The position numbers and the translations under genes were made by a program. 64,000 nucleotides of DNA, taken from contig LSRY02000070.1 in the NCBI GenBank assembly GCA_001643675.2, positions 162,868-226,867 of the forward strand, read 5' to 3'. Position 1 is the first letter of the stretch, and each line of letters begins with the position of its first letter. The notes beneath the pieces were generated by a model that was given only the letters and a program-made list of their open reading frames with translations, ran no database searches and was not told where the DNA came from. Shown here one piece after another: positions 39,701-52,800 of this stretch. The stretch is from Monocercomonoides exilis PA203. Its lineage: Eukaryota > Protista > Preaxostyla.

Positions 39701-42240
39701 CAGAAATCAAATTCTGTCTGACAGACTTCAGAGAGCCCGAAAGAAGATGAAGAAGCATGTTTAGGCCGAGCGGATGGGAATACAAGAAAACAGACTGAAA
39801 AGAAGACAGTGCTTCTTCGCTCGTCAAAGCAGACAGAAGAACAGAACTTTGGAAATCTGAAAGTGTTGTTCATTGAGAAAAGAGAGATTGAACATGGCAT
39901 TTGAACGAAAAATGAAAGAAAATGAGATTGAAAGCAAGAGAAGCCAAACAACAGAAAAAAGAAAGAAAGAAAAAGAAATGGATCAACAAAAATTCACCAC
40001 GTCAAAAGAAAGAAAGAGAAAAAAAATTGTGACTTGCTCGTAAACTGTTCTTTCTGAAGATTTCGTTCAAAGCCACAAATAGTTTCTCCAAAACTTCCAC
40101 ATTCACTCCATTTTTCGTGTCTGCAATCCACATGAACAGCAAAACAGCATTCAAAACATCGAAATAACTTTTCAAATGGCAAATCGAGCAGCTGATGCAC
40201 AAGGCATAAAACTCTGCCAAATTGAATGGCTGAACAAGGAAAGATGATGAAGAAGAAGAAGTTGATGATGATGATGAGGAGGAGGAGGAAGACGAAGGAG
40301 AAGGAGAAGAATGTGAAAAAGAAGCAGAATAGCAAGCATTCAACTCATACGCGTGCATTCCTTGTACAGCCGCTTCAAATGCTTTCTGCTTCCTGTTCAG
40401 CAGTTCTCGCTTCAAAGCACATGAAATTTGGGAAAAACCTCCGTTGGCAACAAACAAAACCCATCTCCTTCTCATTTCTCTCCGTCTGCTCTGCTTCTCT
40501 TCTTTTTCTTCTTTCTCTCCTATTTCTCTTTTTTCTTCATAAACCATGAATCCAATTTTGAGTGCTTCATCTCCTTCTCCTTTTTGCCTTTCCTCTCCTT
40601 TTTTTGCCTTTCCTTTCACTTTCTTGTTGCCTTTGCTACTTTTTTGCCTGCTTTTCACTTTTCCTTTCCCTTTTTCTCTTTCTCTTCCTTTTTCACAGTT
40701 TGACAATGATCCATTCCGCTTTTGATCAATTTCCTCATTTCCTTCCCTTCCTTCATATTTCCTCCCCAATTCATTCGTCTTCTTCAACCGCTCTTTCATC
40801 TGCTCTTCCTCTTCTTCTTTCGGCTTCAGCAACTTATTCAGCATCTCACAGCAAAACATTCTGAATCCCTCATCTTCCAACAGCAAGCCTCGTAAAAGTG
40901 GCTGAAGATGATGTGCAGATAAACTTGCTACTTCCCCTTTTCCCTGCTTTTCTTCCCCAAACATTAATACTCCCATGTCTGCTTCTTTTCCATCGCCATC
41001 CTCCACTTCTTCTTCTTTCTCTTCTTTCTCTTCTTTCTCTTCCATCATTCTTCTTTCTTCTCTTCCTCCTCCTTTCTCTCCAGTCTCCATGTCTTCCACA
41101 GCCAGTTCCATTTCCTCCACCAAATTTCCATACACCAAATTAAACACTCTTTTCCAAATCTCCCACTCTTCACACTTATCTGCTTCATTGTTCCCTTCTT
41201 CTTTCCCTTCTTCTTTCCCTTCTCGTTTCTGTTTCTGATCCATATGCCGCTGTTGCATTTCTCCCTGTGCCTGCAAAATGAGCATCAGAACTTGCTCTTC
41301 AAACAACATTTCTCGATACGCTTTCTCTTGCCTCGCTGCAATCGCCTCTGCTATCCGGCCCATAGCCACTCCAGCCTCACTCCCGCAGCAGAGGGGAACA
41401 AGCGAATGCATCAGCACCAGCGCTTCACGTGCAAAGCTGATGCTCATCACAGATTCATTGCTTTGTGCCAATTTCAAGAGGAAGTCAAACCCATTCGAGA
41501 TCACATTTTTCTGGCGTGAAAATCTTTCTCCGCGTGGTGTTGTGTTCGAGAATATATTGAAAAGGCAATGAATCAATAAAAACGCGAGAAACAAACAATC
41601 ATGTGAAACACACCGAAGAAGTTGCATTTCCAAATCGATAAATCCAGAAACTTCAACATCTGGTGATAAGCTATCGTCTATACACCAATTCCAAAAACAA
41701 ACGAAAAATATATCATTGCAAATATCAAATCTCCGAGGAAATAAAAATGCATACACAACGCAACGATGGTCCGAGAAATATTTACAGATGACTCTTCTGC
41801 TCTTGCCTTCAATATGGCTCGAACAACTCTCAAAAAGACTTTGTTCCCCAGCCCATTCGACTTCTTTGCTGAGAGGCATCGAAGAAGCTCTGAGCATAAA
41901 ACGATAATCTCTTTTTCGTTCGACCATTTGACATATATTTTTCTCATAACGTTTGCAGCACACGCAACCTCTTCTTCCGTGAAATCAAAATGCTCTCCTC
42001 CAACCTTCTCTCTGTTGCATGTCCAAAAACCAATTTCATTCAAAACAAAAACACTTTCCATACGTTATTCTTTCAAACTGCACCGCAATTTCATTTCTAT
42101 CATTCATTTTCTTTTTCACAAAAAGTTAACAAATACAAAAGACATAAAGCCTTGTTCACATGCTTCAAGATCCGACATCAACGTAATCAATGCTTCTGAA
42201 TTCATTTGTTTTGTTAACTTTCGGAAAATGGAGTGGATCA
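36787..42240 (-). CDS. Large multi-exon protein of unknown function (helical/ARM-like with charged and poly-S inserts)
   Basis: Long ORFs 40002-41963, 37548-39827 and 36787-37392. Intron 37585-37443 (GT-AG, phase 1) checked by hand. An acceptor lies near 39858; 5' exons 41730-42240 are approximate. Confidence 0.7.
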
Positions 42241-42854
42241 TGATTCCACGTGGTCAATGTCTTTTCAAATAAATAATCTTTGAGTGCATTCAAATTGTAT
42301 TTATAAGGTTTCAGGGATTAAACAAACAATTCAAACCCAGAAAGGATAAAATATGGTTTGTGGTTTTGTGAATTAATTTCAGGGTTGTGGTTGGCAACAG
42401 AATTAATTCAAAAAAGAAAAATAAATAAAAAATAAAAATTGTATATACTGTGCGAAGAATCACTTTGAGACCAGGATTGATTCGGCTTGCACAGTTTTCA
42501 AATAAAGCAGTTGAAAAAATAGGCTCATTAATAAAGTTTGTTATATATGTTTTGATCAGTTTTGGAGTATTGTTTGAAACCAATTCATCTATCCTCACAA
42601 AATTCACATGAACATACAATGATTGTTCATTCGAGTGTAATAATTATGATTTCTGCACAATTTTTAGTTTTTGAAAATAATTTTTGATATAAAGTTGTTT
42701 TTTAACAAATAAAAAGAAAAAGAAAAAATCGATTAATATAACATTTTTTGAGAGTGACAAACAAATGGTTTTCATTTTGAAAAAAATCGGAAAAGAAAAT
42801 AAAAGTGAAAATGAAGTTTCTTTTCTTTTGAAATATCATAGTTCGAAAAAAAAA

Positions 42855-43760
42855 TTAGCTCAATTGGTTTCTTTTCTTCACAAAGCATCTTCTTTTGCTG
42901 GCTTGTGCCTTCCCTTCAATTCGAAAAGGCTCCACCAAAAAATCACCATTCTTCCCTTCTGTCAGTGCTTGTCGTAAACCATTCTTTTGCTCTGTTAGTT
43001 TGCACCAATCCACTCGTTTTCTGCTGATTCCTCTGATTCCGTCCATCATAAACAAATCCAAGTCATTTGGCAAGAGAATAAGAAGAATGATGATAAAAAG
43101 AGAATATTTTTGAATAAAAAATAAACCTGAAAGAAAAATTGCAAATGGGAAAGAACATCAACACAGAAAATAAAGCAGAGTTGTTTAAGATTAAAAATCT
43201 CGTGAAAGAAGAACATAGGAGCATTTGACAGAAGAAATGGGAAGGATAACATTCCTTCTGGAATGGTGCATCTGGTTCGGTTTCTGTCAACTTATTGTGC
43301 GGGTCATTGCCAATTGCACTCTTTCTGACGAGCAAAACATAATTAACTAATAACAAATGACTGTAATTGACCTTTCAAAAACCTCTCAGGGAAAAAATGT
43401 AAAAGGCTGATGAATATGATTGGATTCGTCGATTGTGCTTGTGTGATTGGTTTTGTTGAAGAGGGATGAATGTCACTGCTCAAAATAGATGCTTCAAAAC
43501 GAACAAAATAATTTGTAGAGCATGAAGTGTTTTGTTCAAAGGTTTAGAAATAATGGCAAAAGAATAAACATGAAGAAAGAATTCTGAGTTAATTGCATTT
43601 TGGCATCATTGTCAACAAACTGGGTTGTGAAAGATGGATATTCAGAAGCAGAAGAATGAGGCATCAAAATTCTATGGTGATTGATGTGATAAAAAATAAC
43701 TTCCAAATGAAATGGATGAGTTGTGTTTCTTCTTGTTGTTGAATGCATTTATGAAAAAGA
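42855..43760 (-). pseudogene. Heavily degraded surface-protein family remnant
   Basis: Fragments such as AIGNDPHNKLTETE and DLDLF, plus short broken ORFs. Confidence 0.35.
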
Positions 43761-44359
43761 AGATGATGAAGATTGAATTAAGTCCAACTTTGTGTTTTCA
43801 AACGGATATCCAATCATGTGCCCTTGTGAGGAAGTTCTTGAAGATTTCAAGTTCATTCTATTTTGAAAATGATTGATGCATCTTCATGAATAATTGGGGG
43901 AAATAAAAACCATGAAACTCTTTATTTCCCTTCTGATATTTAAAAAAAAGTTAGAATAGTGTTCAACCTTCAATGGGATCAACCGTTCCATTGCTTTGAA
44001 CAAAATTTTTCATCTTTCGCAGGCAATATTTATCTTTATTCAAAACAAGATACTTTTTTTGACCAAAATATCTCGAATTGTTCCATTTTTATTTCCCTCC
44101 GAAGATCTATTTATTTATTGCTAAAACTTCATTTTTCAGAGAACTTTATCTTCATGAATACGGCTGATGATTGATGAGCTGAGTTTGTTTTCATCCCTCG
44201 ATCCAATAAAAAATTTGTTTCATGGTCAAAGATCGTTATATTTTCCTTTCTTTCAATCGAAATACAATAATCATTCAATCTTTGGTTTTCACGCTCAGCA
44301 AAGAAAGATTAACATTATTTCTGATCACAACATCCATTGATTCTGAAAATTCAGCAAAA

Positions 44360-45196
44360 GGTTAATCACAACTTTAAGTAACATTCAGAAACTCGTTTTT
44401 TTTCGGATTTTTTGTGATAGAATGATTTAACATCTAAAAATAAAACTTGCTAGGGGTGAATTTTCCATTTTTAGAATACTTTTTTTTCAATGAAAAAAAT
44501 GAAATTTTCGAAAATATTATGGTTTTGATCAAACTAATTTCTTATAATTTAAATTGAAATCAACTTATTAAAAGAATTATTTAAATTTTTTATATAATTC
44601 AAAGCTTTCTTTTTTATTTTTAAAAAAGAAAATAACAAAAATTCTAAATTCATTTAAATATTTATTATTTTCACCTTTCGCCTTTCGCAATCATTGAAAC
44701 ATATGGTTTTTTTGTGTGAAAAATTGATTTTTCTATTTAAACCCTAACACTATTCATAAAAAAAATATAAACAATAATTAAACGCAAACCCAAAACCTAA
44801 TATTTCGATTCGAAGGAAAACCCTAAAGCAGAACGATACCCGAGAAGTTCATTTTTTCAAAATTTTTTTCCTAAAAAACTTTCAAAACAATCAAATAAGA
44901 ACTTCTAACATCTTTAATTCACCTCATTGGTATCGAAAGATATTTTCTAACAAATCAATTTGTTCCAAATAATGAAATTTCCAAAAATCGTTCAATTTTC
45001 AAACAAAAATTTTTGAAATTTGTTTGATCATAACCATAATATTTTCGAAAATTTCATTTTTTTCATTGAAAAAAAAGTATTCTAAAAATGGAAAATTCAC
45101 CCCTAGCATGTTTTATTTTTTGATGTTAAATCATTCTATCACAAAAAATCCGAAAAAAAACGAGTTTCTGAATGTTACTTAAAGTTGTGACTCGCC
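44360..45196. mobile_element. 837-bp MITE with ~180-bp TIRs, GG...CC termini and 8-bp TSD CAGCAAAA (Merlin- or MuDR-like)
   Basis: 44366-44540 is a near-perfect reverse complement of 45016-45190. CAGCAAAA occurs at 44352-44359 and 45197-45204. Confidence 0.92.
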
Positions 45197-45669
45197 CAGC
45201 AAAATGAAGCATATTCACAATAAGCAGAAGGATAAGGAAAAAAGTTAACAATAATAATTTTTTTTTAAAAAAATAATTTTTTTTTTAAGAGCAGACCACC
45301 TGTGTTATCAAATATGAAATGTTTCATTCGAAACTCAGTATTTTAATGGATTTCCTGTGAACCATCACATTACAGATAAAAAATAAATACTGTTCCAAAG
45401 AAAAATTTTATCGTCAACCTCTCGTTGCATTATTGAAAAGTCTCGATAATAACAAGTAATCTGATCCATTAAACCATTACAAAAAAGGATAATTGATAAA
45501 GTTTTGATTTGCTCTTCAGTTGCTTGGCAAATATACAAATGATAATAACTAAGGTGTGCGCATTTGAAATGCCTATGCTTTTTGGGTTAATATCCACTCA
45601 ATTACTTTAAACTTTTTGTGTTCGTTTTTCGAATAAATATGCATTATTAAGAAGCTTTCTGACAAAGCC

Positions 45670-47122
45670 ATGTTCGGAAAAATGCAGAAATTTTCCTTTT
45701 CTGAAAAATTTACAGGTTTGTCAGAATTGTTGTGTTTGAATTTGTGATGGTTGAATTTCTTTCTTTCTTTTTTTTAATTGAAGAATTGTTTTCTGAGCTG
45801 GGAAATTACAAGGAAGAAGCGCAAAAACAAAAAATAGAGGAACTTTATGGACTAATGGACGAGATGGATAAAAAGGAATTTAAATCTATTTTCTCAAGAG
45901 AATTGTTCGACAAAATTGGTAAAATGCTTGAAGCAAACAAACTATCGTTGGAAAATACGATTGTGCTGTCGAAGTTTATTGGATTCTGCAATTCATTACA
46001 AGGGTTTTGCATCGAAAGTTTTGAAGATTCTTTGCTGGGGAAAAAATTTGAAAAGATGATAATTGAAGAAAATAAAAAGAAAGAAGGAAAGAACGAGAAG
46101 CTGCTTATTGAACTTTGCGAATGCTATTTTTTGAGTCAATATTCTTTTATGTCAAAAAAATTGCTTAGCGTTTGTGTGCCTTTATTTTTGAAGGTTTCAT
46201 TGAACAAGGAGGAAAATGAAGAAACACAAAACGAGATTGAAACGGCTTTGTTGGCCTTGAGCTGCATTCCTTTCTGGAAGGTGTGATGGCAATCATTGCG
46301 CAATAGACTTCATTATTTCTTTCTTTGATTTCACTTTCTTTCTTTTTTTTGTGTTTTATTCAGACTGTTCCAAAAAAATTGTATCTGAAAGAAACCAAAG
46401 ATGTTATCAAACATCATCAGGACCATCACAATCTATCACGATTGGCATATCAATCTGTGTGGCTATTTTTGATGAACAGACTGCGGAGCGATAAAAGCTT
46501 GGGAACGGCTGATGTGGATGATCTGCATTTTGTGAGAGAAGCAGCAGGAGAATTGGAGGAGCTGACAAAGTGTGTTGATTGGAAGAGAGAGAAAGGAGAG
46601 AAAGGAGAAAAAGAAAGAGGAGAAGAGATTCCTTTGATGAGATGGCTGACAGCAACTGGTTATTACTTGTCATTATTCGAATTGAATGAAGAGCATGATA
46701 GGCTCATTGGAAGCATCGCAAGTGCATATCGAGCAGCGAAGAATAATTGTCAGGATATTTGCTCGCAATGTGTTGAAACGTTGATCAGAGCAGTGAAAAA
46801 CAGAACAGTGGAGGTCGCAGACTTATTGAAAGGAGGAGCTGTTAATATTATTTTGGGGGAACTTCATCGACCAGCATTGAATGATGAAAAGCCGTGGAAT
46901 TGTTTGGATTTTTTTAAAGGAGCTTTTGGGCTATTGAAAAGAAATGTGAATGATGAAACAGACGCAGCAAAAATGAAAAAGGTTAAAAGAAAGTTATTTG
47001 AAAAAATGGAGGAAGACGGATACGAAGAATGGGTGGTTGGATTGCGCTATGGCTTTTCGTATGGAATATTTGGGGGCCATTTTTTGTTTCAAAATTTTGA
47101 TGATTATTTTGTGTTTTGCTGA
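45670..47122 (+). CDS. Member of an expanded uncharacterised ARM-like family, 3 exons, 433 aa
   Basis: Exons 45670-45715, 45784-46280 and 46364-47122 have GT-AG boundaries in phase (1302 nt, no internal stop). Motifs ELFSEL..QKQKIEE, LCECY, CVPLFLKV..KEENEETQ.E.E.ALLALS, HHNLSRLAYQS.W, KGGAV, FEKMEEDGYE. Confidence 0.85.
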
Positions 47123-47970
47123 GCAATGAGTTTTTTATTCTTTCTATTTTTATTATTTTTATTTTCATTTTTATTATTTTTATTATTATTATTTTGTAAT
47201 TCTACTGTATTCATCTGAGCTGATCATTTTACACTTTCTTATTATCGTTTTGAAGAAAAATGGATTGGCTTCTGTAAAGTGTCATTTCACTAACCTTTTG
47301 AATTCATACTTTTTGTATTTCGGATTCAAAAAAATAGTTACTATCAATTGACAACTTGTTTGTTTCACTTTGTTCATGCGTTATCTTTTCTTCTGCTGCC
47401 TCTTCATCAGCAATCGAAAGTGCATCTTTTTTGCTTTTTGGGGATTCATCCTCGTGTTTGATGAGAAATTTGTGGATCTCTGATCATCGGAACAGACAAT
47501 CAAGCCATTCATGTTTCCTTCTTCAGCCAAATTCTGAAAGAGCTCTTTTTCATCCTCTGATTAGATGAAGTTCAACGTAAAAGTGAGGATGAAGGAAATC
47601 AAAAGAGAAAAAGAGGGTTTGTGGGAGGGGATAAACAATGGATGCAATTTGATTTGGTTGGGATTTGGGGAGACAAAAAGAAAGAAAGAAACAATCCTTT
47701 TGGGAAGGCCTTCAAAGAAGAAAAGAAGAAATTTGAAAAGCTTCAAATGGTGTCTGTTTTTGGATTTTGAATTTTCATTTCATCAAAATGAAGTGAAATC
47801 AAAATACATAAACTGTAAAATATTCTTCTAAAATTAATTTTTTGCCATCTTGAGAAATGATGAAAATTGATAAATATCAATTTGGCAATACAGAAAAAGA
47901 AAAAAAGGAAAAAAGGAAAAGAAAATAAATACAATTTTTGAGGTTAAATATAGAATAAGTCCCGTTTTCC

Positions 47971-49400
47971 TCAAATATTCAAAAAATAATCAGAAATATC
48001 CAATGGAAAATCATCATTACACTCTTTGTTAAGAAGCTGAAATGTTTCGTGAAAGCTTGCAATTGCATCTTCGTATCCTTCTTCTTCCAGCTTTTCAAAT
48101 ACTTTCTTTTTCATCGCCTTTCTTTTTTCTTCTTCCATTTTTTCTTCCTCCTTTCCTTTCAATCGCATTGAAATAAAATCAAAAAATTCCTAGCACTTAA
48201 ACGTCACTTCATCATCCAAAGTCGATTGCTTCATTTCTTCCAACACAGCATCAACAGCTCCGCCTTTCAGCAAGTCTTCAACTTTCATATTCCAGTTAAA
48301 TGCTGCACTTCTAAATAAATAAATGCACTGGTTTCTTATTTCTTTGTTATTATCCTTTGCTGCTCGAAATACCTGAACAACGCTGCAGATAAGCACAACA
48401 AATTCCTCTTTCCACAATGTGAACTCTATCAAGTAATTATCAACAATGTCAATCCATCTCCTTGTCATAATCACTTCTTTCGTTTCTTTTTCTTTTTCCT
48501 CTTCTTTCCCTCTCTTCCAATCCACATTTCTTGTAAGTTCTTTCAGCTCTCTTGCTGCTTCTCTTCCAAAATGTAGCTCATTCACAATCACATCTTCCAA
48601 ATTTCTATCACATAAAATTCTTCTTATCAAAAACTGCCAAGCAGATTGATAGGCAAGCTGAGTGAGGTTATGATGCTCCTGGTGATATTGGATTATTTCT
48701 TTGAGTTCACTTAAATACATTTCTTTTGGCACTTTCTAACAAAAAAACAAAAAAAAAATCAATTATATCAAAATAAAAAAGAAATAGTCATACACAATAT
48801 CCAATGCTGCTCAAAGCAAACAATGCCATTTCCACTTCCATTTGCGTTTCTTCATTTTCCTCTTTCTTCAATGCAGCTTTCAGAAGACAAGGAACACAAA
48901 TTGAAAGGAATTCAAACGAGAAGTCAAAACCAAGCGTTAGACAGCATTCACAGAGATCTGTAAGAATTTTTTCGTTCATTTCCTTTTTCTTCTTATTTTC
49001 ATCAATCATCATCTCTCTCATTCTTTTGAACAATAATGATTTAACAAATGACATAACTGAAAATTTTTTCTGCACTTTCCAAAATCCCATGAACTTCAAG
49101 AATTCAATGGCATTTTTCATGGAAATCTTTCTTCGATCATTTTGCTTATTTTGTCAAACAGTTCTTTTGTGAAAATTAATCCAAAATCTTTTATTTCCAT
49201 TTCATTCATAAGTGCATTCATCACTTCGATTTTCTGTTTCTGTTCAGCGCTGGTGCAATATTCCAGCTCAGAAAACAATTCTTCAAAAAAAACACAAATT
49301 TATTCGAAATTGTTCGATCCAAATAAAATGGCAAACTTGAAAACTTTTCGTTCAAAGGCATTTCTTTGTTTTCATAAGCAAGAGCATCGCCACAATATGT
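47971..49400 (-). pseudogene. Paralog of 45670-47122, disrupted
   Basis: Same motifs (CVPCLLKAALKKEENEETQMEVEMALFALS, HHNLTQLAYQSAWQFL, LLKGGAVD, FEKLEEEGYED). In-frame TAG at 48190 and a frameshift near 49130-49150. Confidence 0.8.
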
Positions 49401-49879
49401 TTTCATCTGTTTCAAAATTTATATTTCTCTATTTGTCAAAACTGGTTTTTATTAAAAAAAATCAAATAAAAATACAAATAGCATTGATTGTCTCACAAAA
49501 TAAAAAATGAACACAACGCAAACTACTTTGTTTTTGCTCAAAAAAAAAGAAGTGCAAAAGAGAGTGTAAAGAAGCCTCAAGGATTGGCTGTTTAAGTCCA
49601 AAAATGGAAATCTTTTGTAAATTTTTGATCATAACCAACAGATTATTTGTCGAATGATATTTATTTAAAAAAAATTATAAACTTTTTGAATCACATATTT
49701 TTGTCCAATGGAATTAATAGCAAATGCCTTGTCAAAGAGGAAAAGAAATCTGGCAGATTGAATGAGTGAACGGAAGATGTTTTTTGTCTTTTTTTTGTGG
49801 AGAAGAATGAGACTGAAAACAAAAAACAGATGATTTGAAGATGTTTGGAATATTTTGCATTGTTGCATTTTGAGATAAA

Positions 49880-52800
49880 GTTAGGGTTAAAGGGTGTTGA
49901 AATTCGCCTTTTTTTTCCCAACAAATATTAATAATTAATTATCACAAAATTATCTAACAACTTTTCTATCATGACTTATGAAAATATTTGATTTTCAGTG
50001 AAATATCAGTCAAAAACAATGAAAAAATAAATTTTTTAAAAATGATTGAGAACAATGACAAATCTGATTGTAGGTTCGGGTTAGACCGTGCTGAACCCAA
50101 TGATTGTTGTTGTAGTTTTTATGGCCATCTTATAGAAACTCAGGGAAAAAACTTAATTTTTTATAAAATTTTAGGTTATTTTAACTTCATATTTTTTGTC
50201 AAAAAATTTGCCTTACCCCGGAGTTTCATGGGGGTGTCCCTATGAGCAGTATGTGGCCTTCGTAGAAGGCGGACGCGGAGCGGACGCCTTCTAAAACCTC
50301 AATACCTGCCTTTTCACAGGCATATCCCCCTGCAAAACCGACCCTTCTGGGCTCATATTTGACCAACACTCAAAATATCATATATTCGTTCCTGGCCCCT
50401 GGGCATTTCATCTGACAACCCCCACACCACCCCCACACCCCTCATCCCCACTGACACTCCCACTGTATATATCTCTTATAATGTTAGAATATCCTTTGAT
50501 TTTTAATGAATTTTTCTTGTCATTTTTCTGAGTGAAGAAAAACAATAAATATTTTATATCTCACTGGAATGACTGATTTGGAGGGAGATATTTTGCCAGT
50601 GTGTTAGTTGTGAATTATGTGTAATAATATAATATTGGAGAAAAAAAGAAAAAATTGAAAATTAATTAATTGAATATTATTGTTGTCATTCAGACAAGTC
50701 ATTTGACTGAAAATATAAAAAATTAATTTTTTAAAAAATAGAAAAATTTAGGTTGCAGTTAAAGTGCGTTGAAATATGCCTGAATTATCCAAACAAACAT
50801 TAATAATTAATAATCACAAAATTATCAATCAACTTTTCTATCATGACTTATAAAATAATTGAATGTTTATTTCTATTTATTCAATAATAATAATAAAATA
50901 AAATTATTAAAATCTATCATGTACTCGGTTAGGGTTAATTGTGACAAAAACTCGTTTTTCAGACAAGAAACTACTGATGTATCACGACTTGTGATATTAT
51001 TTCACAACTTTTCTATCATGACTTATGAAAATATTTGATATTCAGTGAAATAACAGTCAAAAAAGAAGTCAAAAATAAATTTTTTAAAAATGATTGAGAA
51101 CAATGACAAATCTGATTGTAGGTTCGGGTTAGACCGTGCTGAACCCAATGATTGTTGTTGTAGTTTTTATGGCCATCTTATAGAAACTCAGGGAAAAAAC
51201 TTAATTTTTTATAAAATTTTAGGTTATTTTAACTTCATATTTTTTGTCAAAAAATTTGCCTTACCCCGGAGTTTCATGGGGGTGTCCCTATGAGCAGTAT
51301 GTGGCCTTCGTAGAAGGCGGACGCGGAGCGGACGCCTTCTAAAACCTCAATTCCTGCCTTTTCACAGGCATATCCCCCTGCAAAACCGACCCTTCTGGGC
51401 TCATATTTGACCAACACTCAAAATATCATATATTCGTTCCTGGCCCCTGGGCATTTCATCTGACAACCCCCACACCACCCCCACACCCCTCATCCCCACT
51501 GACACTCCCACTGTATATATCTCTTATAATGTTAGAATATCCTTTGATTTTTAATGAATTTTTCTTGTCATTTTTCTGAGTGAAGAAAAACAATAAATAT
51601 TTTATATCTCACTGGAATGACTGATTTGGAGGGAGATATTTTGCCAGTGTGTTAGTTGTGAATTATGTGTAATAATATAATATTGGAGAAAAAAAGAAAA
51701 AATTGAAAATTAATTAATTGAATATTATTGTTGTCATTCAGACAAGTCATTTGACTGAAAATATAAAAAATTAATTTTTTAAAAAATAGAAAAATTTAGG
51801 TTGCAGTTAAAGTGCGTTGAAATATGCCTGAATTATCCAAACAAACATTAATAATTAATAATCACAAAATTATCAATCAACTTTTCTATCATGACTTATA
51901 AAATAATTGAATGTTTATTTCTATTTATTCAATAATAATAATAAAATAAAATTATTAAAATCTATCATGTACTCGGTTAGGGTTAATTGTGACAAAAACT
52001 CGTTTTTCAGACAAGAAACTACTGATGTATCACGACTTGTGATATTATTTCACAACTTTTCTATCATGACTTATGAAAATATTTGATATTCAGTGAAATA
52101 ACAGTCAAAAAAGAAGTCAAAAATAAATTTTTTAAAAATGATTGAGAACAATGACAAATCTGATTGTAGGTTCGGGTTAGACCGTGCTGAACCCAATGAT
52201 TGTTGTTGTAGTTTTTATGGCCATCTTATAGAAACTCAGGGAAAAAACTTAATTTTTTATAAAATTTTAGGTTATTTTAACTTCATATTTTTGTCAAAAA
52301 ATTTGCCTTACCCCGGAGTTTCATGGGGGTGTCCCTATGAGCAGTATGTGGCCTTCGTAGAAGGCGGACGCGGAGCGGACGCCTTCTAAAACCTCAATTC
52401 CTGCCTTTTCACAGGCATATCCCCCTGCAAAACCGACCCTTCTGGGCTCATATTTGACCAACACTCAAAATATCATATATTCGTTCCTGGCCCCTGGGCA
52501 TTTCATCTGACAACCCCCACACCACCCCCACACCCCTCATCCCCACTGACACTCCCACTGTATATATCTCTTATAATGTTAGAATATCCTTTGATTTTTA
52601 ATGAATTTTTCTTGTCATTTTTCTGAGTGAAGAAAAACAATAAATATTTTATATCTCACTGGAATGACTGATTTGGAGGGAGATATTTTGCCAGTGTGTT
52701 AGTTGTGAATTATGTGTAATAATATAATATTGGAGAAAAAAAGAAAAAATTGAAAATTAATTAATTGAATATTATTGTTGTCATTCAGACAAGTCATTTG

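Noticed and set aside
50927-50937. Array unit as the telomerase RNA gene
   Set aside because: Only the 11-nt template-like match supports it; a telomeric remnant is the simpler explanation beside a telomere.
50965-51000. Hammerhead ribozyme (gaaac..ctgatg plus tatcac/gtgata hairpin)
   Set aside because: Lacks the CUGANGA-stem II-GAAA arrangement on either strand.
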